From positions 1 through 33,495 of the forward strand of contig CAXNAD020000061.1 of NCBI GenBank assembly GCA_964200185.2: a stretch of 33,495 nucleotides of DNA, written 5' to 3'. Source of the DNA: Choristocarpus tenellus KU-1152. Taxonomy: Eukaryota > Protista > Phaeophyceae. The notes beneath the pieces were generated by a model that had not been told where the DNA came from, did not search any database, and saw only the letters and a program-made list of their open reading frames with translations. Shown here piece by piece: positions 12,301-23,000 of the stretch (positions within the stretch are counted from its first letter, which is position 1; each line of letters begins with the position of its first letter). Made by a program: the position numbers and the translations under genes.

Positions 12301-14008
12301 GTTGGCTTCTGACATGGTGTGTATGCTAGAAAGGTGGGAAGGGGAAATGGGTGGGGTATACACATTGCAACAAAAGCATGTTTATGAAGCAAAATGGCCA
12401 TGTCCTCAAAGAATCTTTTCTAAGTATAGGAGAAAGAGATCCGAGGCTTGGGGAACCAGATTGCCCCCCCCGCCCCACCTGTGATGAGGTGCCCTGAGTG
12501 ACCCCAAACCTTGATAGTCTTGCTTGGAGCTGGAGAGGTGAGTAGGACCCCAGAATATAGTGGAACGGTGATTTTTTTTCCAAGATGTTGGAGATTTTCT
12601 CAGAGCAAGTATTGTCGGATTGGAGGCTAAGTATGATGACATGAGAAATATCGCTAATGATACAAGCTAAACCCAACTTACTGTTAATGATTTATAACAC
12701 ATTATACTGTGCCACTGGCCGAATTGCAATTCTAGTCACATCACTCCTTGGAGCAAGAACCTGAAATATATTTCAGGTTTTAGCATTTTTTGTTGGATCC
12801 TTTCGCTGTAACATCACCAGGTAGGTGCCCAGTTGGAGTTTTTTTTTGCTTGGTGGCATTTCCACAAGCACTATCAATAGAACAAGTTATCCACAATGCT
12901 TGATAAAACCAGAGTTCCGATTGAATCCTGTCTGGACTGCTTTCTGGACTCCCTGGGAGGATAAAAATAGTTACGTGGTCCTGAAATAGATGAAAGGGAA
13001 ACAAGAAGTTGGAGATATCTGTTCAGGAGATCGTGTCTTGTTTGACAGATTGCACTCTATTGGGCAATTGCCTACTTTTTGCTCTTAGCTCTCCCTTGGT
13101 ACATTTCCTGGCTCCTTGATTGACAAGGCCAGTAGCACCTGCCCTCAAGGTCTGCGTGGAGGGCATATCACAGTATGACCACAGGCAATTCAGCATTACG
13201 CCTCACAAGTTCCATGCTATGACTTGCTGGGTAGGGGGGGGGCTGAGGAAGAAACTGCCAGACTTGAGTGTACACTTACGAAGACCGACTTCTTGGGTGG
13301 GTTCTTCCTTACATGGGAACCCACTCCAGTATAACAATTATTAAGAAGTGGGTCTTCTTGAGGTCATGCAACATGCTGACCAGGTGCTTCCTCAGCCTTC
13401 CCTCTCCCTTAAGTTGTGAGGTATCACCAGAAGGAGGAATACCTTGTTGCTCTGGATGATACGTTAGTGTTCGCTGCTTTCTTGCGTGCCCCCACCCCGG
13501 TGCCATCGTTCTTTGGGTATCACAGCATTAAACTCATGCAGTGTCATGAGCATCCTTGTAGCTCAGTGCAGTAGACTAGAACTTTTCCGGTTTGGGTTCA
13601 GATTAGTTTGTAAGGTTTGATGTGATTGAGGACAACCACATCTCAATTGTCGAAACATACTGTAGTCAGCAATATTCCAACAAACTGATTAAATTCAGAA
13701 ATATATTTTGTTCTATCCACGCTATTAAATATCTCTATCCTGAACAGTTTCTTTATTATTCTTTGAACTCCAATACAGGGCCGTGCATGACCAATCAGTG
13801 CACTGAGAAATACACTGCCTTGCACTAATTTAGTTATAGCTTAACACTTCAAGTCTATAGCTGTCTTGTTCAGTGGTGGTCTACCAGCTTCTGTCCAAGA
13901 AATGCGTGGGTTCAATCCTGGTTAATGTTGGATTTTTTCTTGGTTTTAGAAGACCATGCTAGCAGACCGGATTGGTCTACTATATTCCTGTATGTCGTCA
14001 AAAAATAA

Positions 14009-14043
<35 letters not shown>

Positions 14044-17000
14044 GGAGCACGTGAATGATGATTGCAAGACTTGGTTGTGGTCAGACAAGGGCTGGAATGG
14101 TTTTGAGGAGGCTAGGTAATGAACGTTTAGATGACTGAACCAAACCGTGAAAAACAAGGAAGGCGCACATGGAGAAGTGTGATGAGTCATAGTGTATCAC
14201 TTTGTATTTAGTGAGAAGTAGTGCATTGTGTAGTACCTCTAAGCACAGGTGTGGGGCTAAGTGGGGTTGAGCTAGGTTCCTAGTCCCAGGCTCAAAGATA
14301 TTATAGTACTACATTGTGATAGCAGTAGTAATAATTGTAAATTGTAATAGGTCATGCCATCCCATGTCCTCTGTGCAGGCCCTGCGGGTGCCATTGTGAG
14401 GGCTTCTGACCATGCCCATAGTGATGTTGAGAGATAATTGAGATGAGAGGTAGCTTTGAGAACCTCTTCACAGTTGGGGGGGTTGGGGGGGGCTCTGATA
14501 CCAAGTTCTCATGCTTTTTAGCAAGTCTTGGGCACCTTGGCTAGGAGCAGTAAATTGTAAGTAGTTGATTTATTCCATGAAAGTGTGATCTGGTCTCCTC
14601 TGCCTTAATGAAATATCAATAATCCCTGGGATAGCATGTTTGCATGCACTTCACACCGCTGTTCTCCTACTGGCTGGTAATTTGTGTTGGGAGGTGTTCT
14701 GTCAGAGATGCAAGTAATTGGGCATAGGCTGAGGGCATGCATTGGAACCACACAGTCAGTGTTGTTTGATTTTGATGAAGTTTTTTTGATTGAGCGAAAG
14801 TGTGGATGAATGTTAGTCTCAAGGATCCCAGATGAAGCTACCTGCATTTCCTAGGGTAGTACTCTGAGGTGGGGTCACTAAATATGGTCCTATCCCAGTA
14901 CAAAGCCAATACGATGCTCTAGTTCTTCAAATTATGTCAAGAAAAACTAGAGCAATCTGATAGAATTTCTTTTGATGAACTGCCCTCCATTTAGCCTCTT
15001 GAAATTTGTCGGTGGAATATTTCTATGGCATCATTGCCATTTGACAATCATAGGCACCTAAGTTTCAGGTGCCTAAGTTGTTTTGAGCAATGGGATTGCT
15101 CCTTCCAAACATTGAACCAATAAGAAGATGCCCTCCTTTTTGTATCTCATTGTCAAATTGTCTTTAATTATACTTTTTTCCCAATATAGCTAGTGAATTG
15201 GAGCTTTTAAAAAAATTCTGTTACATTTTTTTTTGGGGGGGGGCATGTACTTCCAAGTATGAATTGTGTTGGAACCGTATACAGGCCAAGTTTTGCAAGT
15301 GCCATTCTACCCTCTCCCCCTTTTCCCACCTCATCCAATCTTTCTCATTATCAGACTCGGTCTGGAGGGTATTTTTGATCATGCACCCCTTCTCAGCATT
15401 CACTGTCTAATCGCCCTACCCGCCTCCCCTCTTATCCTTTGCACAAATGCACCAATGGATTGCATGGACCTTTCTTTATACCATCTACAGATGGCGGCGC
15501 TAGTACAGTGGCACTGTGATACAATTGGAATGGCATCTGTTAGCATCATCCCTCCGCAGATGTCGGCTTCGCCCTGGAATGATCCGACCAAAAATCCTTT
15601 CGAGGTATTTTGTTAAAAACAAACGAAGTTACTGTACCCGCTTAGAATCAAGTCAAGATTTCGGTTTTGGATGGACTAATTAAACAATTTTAAATTGAAA
15701 AACGCAGACATTATTTTGTTTTCAACTGAATTTTTTTTAGTGCAGGGGATACACAGGGCGGAATCTGTGTGTGTGTGTGTTGTGTGTTGTGTATATGTCA
15801 AAAATGTTGATGAGTTGCCATAATTGTGGAATGTTGTCTTTGAGTAGAAGATTTGGCGTAGAGACAATTCACTCTCAAGTGTCCCCTTCCCCTCCTTGCA
15901 CCTACCGTCTTCCCTCTCTCTTGTCAGACCACTGGGTCCATACGAGACCGTGGTATGTTGGCAGTACCCCTTGCGTTTGATGGTGAAGACGGTGTGTCTA
16001 ACAACCCGTACATTGACTGGCTATGTGTGGAGGATTGCAATACTGGAAGGCACCTCCCAGATGAAACGGACCAGCAGTGTGTTGAGCGTGTACACTTCTG
16101 TAGGGTGAGAGGAGGAAGGCGTTCTTTGTAGTGTGGATGAAACCGTGTGAGGTATAGTGCAGATGTTTCATGTAGCTGTATGAAAATATGAAGTGTATAT
16201 ATGCCTACATAGGATCTACGTCTTACTTAGGTAGGATGTAGTGGAGAGGGAAGAAATTTTGGTGTACATTTTTTGTCATGCATTCTTGACATTTTTTTCT
16301 TTCTCGTGCGTATTTATCTTTTTTCTAATTTTTCTGCATTTTATGAGTATTTTTTTTTAGTTGAGGAAATTATATCCAATATGGCACCCATGCAATTATT
16401 GTGTGTACATAACATGCTTGCCAATCATTCTTTTTTCCTTTTCAGGTGAGTCATAAGACATGCAGATTCTACTTTCCTCTCGAGAGACTCAAGATGACCC
16501 TGGGGGAGTACCTCAACAGATGTGAAGAGAATGGAACGGTGAGTTGGTGTGTGTACTGCGTGTTTGTGTTCCTGGATGTTGTTGATCTCTTTTGTAAGTG
16601 GAAAGTGTGAAGGTTTGTGTGTTGGTGCCACCTAACACAGATAGGAGTACTTTGATTGATTACTTTGCTTTGTTTTCTGCCCCATGTCTCAATCCTTTCC
16701 CTCTCCCTCATTCACTGCCCTGTGTTGTCCTTGGCAGGGTCCTTATGCAGGCCTTCCTGCCGAAGAACTCACGCGCCATGATGTTGGGAAGATGGGCCGT
16801 ACCAAGGATGTGCTCGCGGTGAGTGTGCATACATGCATCCCTGAGTATACTGTCTTGTATTCTCAAAGTACATTTGGTGCGAACACATCTGCTGCCGAAA
16901 ATACAACCAGCATCAGACCTGACCCTATTTTTTGTGTCCCAAAATTGTGCTTGGAAAGAGTAGACAACAGCGTTCGCATAATTAGTCAGCTAAATACTCG

Positions 17001-20000
17001 AAAAATAAGAACATGTGCGTACATATTAAGACGGTGCTACTACTACACTTTATGAGAGTTCTTATAGTTATGTTCTCTTCACTGTGGTGGCTTTGCAGTT
17101 TTTACGATTGTGTGTGTATGATACTGATTAGTGTGTGTGATTCATTTTTATTGCTGTTTTTTGTATCTTATTGTCGTTATCAGTGCCTATTTTTCAGTTT
17201 ACCCTGTGTAAAGTTCTTTATGGGAATTAGATGATACAAACCTCATCTATAGGTAGATGATAAATACTGACTGTGAGTCTGTTGTCATTGTTTCCCTCCT
17301 CCCCCTCTCCTATTCCCCCTCCCGTTTTCTAAACCTAACCTCGAACGTGCACTTGTTGAAGGTGGGTCACGGGTGCAGCAAGCCTGACTATGAAGCTGGC
17401 TACAAGGAAAGACATCTCCTCCTTTGTGTCCCTGCACCTGCACTGCGGCACTCGTTTGCACAACACCTCATCAGAGGGGAGAGAGAGATGGATCCTGATG
17501 CGGGGATGAGAGGGAGGGTGCGCCTGAAGGATGACTTGTTGCAGGCAGAGGCAGCAGCGAAGGTGGATAAAGCAGCCGGTGGAGAGGATGGTGCTGATGG
17601 TGATGTTGTTATTGCTGGTTCAGATTCTGCTACCAAGGTGCAATGTTTGGAATGTTGAGTAGTTGAAAGTTTTTTTTGAAAGGCGTTTTCATCAGACTGT
17701 GATGTACTGTTTTTATGTGTAGGCTTGAAGGTATAGGTATGTAGTTACTTTAATAAGGGTTAAAATGATGGGGTACGACATTAGGTTTTGTTTTCTTTTC
17801 ATCTAGAGTAAGATGTGTATACATGAACATACACAAGTTACCTTCTGTACTGAATATGTACTGAATATGTAGTATTATAGTATAGGGTGAGAACTATGTA
17901 AGGTGAGATGTCTAGAGTGCTAGGATGTATTGGTTGTCAAATCTGTCTTGATGCCTGTTTTTGATGTGGAATTATTGAGACAAACAAGCTGTACTGTATA
18001 TTCTAGTGATTGAAAACATATGAAAAGAGTTCACTCTCTTTACGAGTATGTATACACATGGTCAGAGCTGTATATAGTGAGTGTTTGAAGTTGCTATGGT
18101 ATATACAGTCCTGTCATGATTTTGTGGATTAATTGACAACCTCCGTTCTGTTGCCATTGTTGTGAGTGCTGTGGTGATTGCATTGAGCAAATGGGAAAGT
18201 GGAGTGTTTAAATTGGTATTTTGACCTGAAGTATAAGGCGAAGTCATTGTTGTAGTCCCATCACCAGTTTCCTTCACAGTCGCAGCATACAACCCACTCT
18301 TCCACTGCTCTGTTTTATACCCAGGCAAACTTGACGATCACTTGGAGCGTAGCAGAACTATGCTATTAGACTTAGCTGCAAAGGTAGTTGTCAATCAATA
18401 ATTATCATCGTATTGTGACTGCAACTGCCGATTACAATCATTCAGAGTAGTTTAGTTGGGCAAAATAAACCCCAACAGGGTGTAAAGAAAGAAAAATAGT
18501 TACACGGCAGTGTAACTATTTTTCTGTGGGAAACAACAGTAAGTGTAAAAAATTTCCTTGGTGTGGCACTTGAAAAGCACAACACTGCTCTGTAATGTTC
18601 TGGTGATAAATGTGCACAGCTCCAAGTCTATCCCTCTGTACAGCCTTTTCCCTAACCCTATCTTTTGGCATAATCCCAATACTCACTGTTGCACAGCCCA
18701 TGGAATTGGAGGATGAGGGGGATGCCTCCACAGATAGTAAGGTCAAGGCCAATGTCAACAAGTCCAATGAGGGGGAAGGGGAGGGGGGGGACGAAGGGGA
18801 GGAGGAGGGGGGGTTTCAGGGAGTGGCCATGCTCAAGCACAACGACCATCGACCTGGTCGTGGTCAGCCCGTCCTGCTGATAGAGCAGTATTGCCAGCCC
18901 ATATGCATGAGTCGTCTCGTGTTTGTCAGTGTCCTGCATGTGAGAGAAAGGGTCCAAGAGGGATGGGAATCAGGAAGCAAATGATTCTTATAACATAGCC
19001 ATATCATATCCAAGACAACGTAGTAGTCAACACTAGCACTGCCCTGGAGTTGATCTTATTCAGCCCATAACATTTGTCACCAGAACAGCATTTGGGGTCC
19101 AGGTGCTGCGTAGTATCCATTCTCTAGAATTGCTTTGTATATAGTGCTACAGTGTTCATTAAAGTGCTTACATCCTGCTGGTGGTGTAGCCATACTTACT
19201 GGTGTGCAGGTTTTCATGCAGGAGGAGATAAGATACAATTTGGATTCATGCAGTCAATATTTGTGTTGCTGTCAGCCTCTGACATCCCCTCCCTTATCAC
19301 TTTCCCCTGTCTGTCTGCCTCCTTCCTCCTCTCTCTTCTCCAAAAAAGGCCGTTCCTCGCATGTTTGACTTGGAACGTCAGCTCCTGTGCAGCACTCTGC
19401 ATAAGTCTCTCTTTCGGCCCGCACTTGAGGCTGGTGGGTATACCGGCTTTGAGAGTCCAGCTCTTGACTTGAACTACATCACAGGGAGTACTGGTGCCAA
19501 TTGTGCTGAGAGTGGTGCAGGAGTTAGGAGTGTGGGGGGGGATGAACCAGTTGGTAAGTGTGATAATGGTGGTGATTCCTCTATGGATGTTGGTCAGGAC
19601 ACCAGTGGGGCTGGGTTGGAGGAGGGCCCATGCAAGTTTGCTATTGCGTTACCTGAAGGGTTGAAGGATGCGAACAATGATGGAAAGCTTACAGCGGCAC
19701 GGGGCCTGATTCGGGGGAGGGGCGGCAGTGAGAGTGGTGTGAGTGAGGGGCTGGACACTGTGGCCCTGCTGGACTGTTCGCTCAGAAGGTGTGGGGGGAT
19801 GGGGGAGGTGGTGTGTGACTAGTTGACATTTTGGAGTACTACTGTAGATGTATTTGCAGACCTCTGTATGTAGTGAGGTATATTTCCAAGTATATGCATG
19901 TAGATCATATTTTGATATTTTTATTGATTTAGGTGTTGGGGTTGGGAATGGAGGATAGTAGTTATGGTTGATTTGTGGGATACTCCCACAGTAGTTTACA

Positions 20001-23000
20001 CAGCATAAAATAGCTTGTGATAGGTATGGAAGGTAACTTGATGCTTCTCATGTTGTCAATACCTGACCCCTGTTTTCATATTGTATGAACAGTTTGTGAT
20101 TATAGAAAATTGATGTCCATGACCTTTTTTAAGGTGGCAATGTACAACTGTGTATGTTATGTTGCCCCCTCCCCCCCCCTCCCCTGCTTCCCAATGCTGA
20201 GCAATGCCAACAATGTGACATCTTATTTGGAGTAACGATCAGACCAATTGAATAGACATGGTGAGCTGATACAATGAGTAGCACTGCGATCTTCTCTATC
20301 CCCTGATTCATGACATTACTAGACCTCATAGGAAAAGAGGTACATGCCAGGACAAGCTTCTACCCTTCTCCCTCTTCCTCATTCCCTTTGGCCGTGTGTC
20401 TTTGCTCTTTGTATGCAAAGACCAATGAATGAAAGACTGGAGACATTGGGAGATGCCTGGCTAAATTACTATGCGGCATTGGTGGTGTTTCAGGTGCTTG
20501 AATGGGATTGGGGTTATAATTCATGGTTGTTCAGGGTTAGGGATTGACTCTGGCCCTGAATCTCACTCTTACCACTAATAGACTACAAAAATACTGAAGG
20601 CTAATCTGACCAACAAACCTAAGAATTATTTGAATGGCTTAGTTTGATTACTTTAATATATGTTTGTGTGTTTTATCAACTCTTTTTGAAGTCTGTATCA
20701 ACTTGATCTTTACTGGGATCGATTTTTTTAATATTGTATATGCTGCTGCTTTTAAAGCCTTTGGTTGATAATATAGTTATCGCAACCTCTGCTCAAGAAG
20801 TTTTGATTGTCTCTTCCGGAGAATCTTGGTTAGGTTTGACAATAAACCTGACATTGGCAAGAAAAATAATGCAATAATTGCTTCTGTATTTCACATACGT
20901 TTCTTGAAGGTGATGCCAGTGATGAGGGAGGAGGGGATGATGACGATATTCCGCAAGAACATTGTTTCCAATGCACGCCTCATCAAGTGTGCTGAGAGGA
21001 GGGGTCTGCAGGTAGGCTCTATGGTGTAGCACATTATTATTACCACTGTATTGTTGTATTGTAATGTGCTGTATTGTATTGTATTGGCCATTGATGTCAT
21101 TGTTGTTGTGCTTCGAGAAGTTTTGTTTTCTGTAATTTACGGAACAGAACTGGCCTAATGCCGTTTCTACTGCAGCTAGAGCAATTTCCGAAACAGAGGC
21201 ATTGAATGCTTCGTTCCCAGCTAAGAAATAGAAGAAGAGGGCTTGGTTGGAAGTCCTGATCTCAACTCGACTCCGGCGAGATTGAACCTTGTCTTTTGGT
21301 ACCCAAAGTCAAACCCTTGTGTTGCACTTCATGGAACTACCTGCAGTACTACATTGTTAGCCCTAACCCTAAGTTCAGCACCCTAACACTACAGTAACTA
21401 ATTGTGTTGGTTACCCTCGCTCTCTCCCTTTTTGTCTCCAGGAATTCATGTACCCCCCACGTTGTATCCTAGGCACGCCTTTTATGACATGGGTGCCATC
21501 TCTGCTACCAGCACCACCTCCGGTGATGATCAACCGGAAGACCATTGCGGATGTGGTGGAGGCTATGCTTGGGTGAGGGGGGGGGAGGGGGCGGGAGGGG
21601 CGTTCGGGATTAGGATCAAGTCTAGTGGTAGGGCAGGCTGGTGGTTCACAGAGATAGTGCGTAGATAGGAAGACTTTGCTTCCCCCTGCAAGTAAGTGCT
21701 GTTGCAATACAATGCTAATGTTAGTCCAAGAACAATCGGAAATGTAAAAAAAAAAACTAGGAGTCAATCGTCACTTGATACATACTATGTATTTACGTTG
21801 CGTATCTCTTCATTTTTGCTCCATTTTTAAATTGTCCCTTTTTTTTGTTTTCATATCCTCTCTGTTGCTCGCATCTGTTCGTAATATCTTGCATGCCTCT
21901 TTGTCTGTTATAAAAAAAAAGGGCATGCCTGGTGGTTGGAGGGAACAGGAGTGCATCCTGTATGATGGAGTGGCTGGGGCTTCCCACGCTAGATTCAACA
22001 AGACAAGCGTTAACCCCCAGTCCTGCCATGGCTCCTGCCTCTTCTAATTCCTCAGGGGGTGAGTGTTATCCTTGACCTAGAACTTTTGCAATTGCATTGT
22101 TAAGAAAGAATTGGATTTACTTTGCAAGGGGTGTGGTGCTGCCATAGCCCTTCCAACCACCAACCCGTATAGTACTTTTTTTTTGTACTATAATGTAGGG
22201 GGCTTTTAGTTTGGCAAGATTGAATCAGGGTGTTGGATGTGAGGAATGGTATAGAGCTTATATATCTAATCCTTTTTAGATTTGTACTAGAGGATATTAA
22301 CACGTTGATGATTGGGCCATGGCTACTATTTGTTGATAATCTTCGCAACAAGTAACCAAGGTGTAGAGAAACTGAGAAGACAGATTAGAAAGCATTACTT
22401 GTAGCTATAAAGAGGTATTGGTGTAGATGTTCCATACCATGCAGGCAGGGTTGTAGTTTGTGCTGGGTGAACATTTTGTGTTGCGCAGAGGTATTGTGAG
22501 GGAAAGACCGGTCAGGGGTTTGAGTTATGTTTTAAATATTACTTGAGTATATCGAACACCTTCGTTTTGAGCATATCCCAAATATTTTTTAAAGAATTTC
22601 ACATCACCCTTCCACCCTTTAAAGGCCTCAGTCTCTCGAAACTGAAAGGAGATAGAAGCGCCGCCTCTATCACACCCAACCTCCCCCTGAGACATTTATT
22701 TATCACTGAAATGTATTACATGATTTGCTCTTCTCCTCATTCCACACTCAGACACCAAGGGGAGCATCACTGGACATGAGCAAGGGGCACACACTGCTAA
22801 TGGCGCTAATGGTGAGGTTGTTTGTGACATGGAAGGCAGTGACGATGTGACCGCTGTAGAGGCTGAGTCTGTAGCGAATGGAGGTGGATCTGTAGCTTCT
22901 AATGGGGTGTTGGAAGGGAAGAGGTCCAAAAATGAGCCTGTTGATGGGGACATCTATGGGAATGCCAAGGGTATAGTGTGTGGACTTACTGCGACGAAAG

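Noticed and set aside
13128-14115. Candidate extra exons at 13128-13230 and 14069-14115 that could bridge the GT donor at 12078
   Set aside because: Their acceptors are weak and they carry no convincing Dicer motif. The GC donor at 12046 already gives an in-phase, motif-consistent join. They cannot be fully excluded without RNA-seq.
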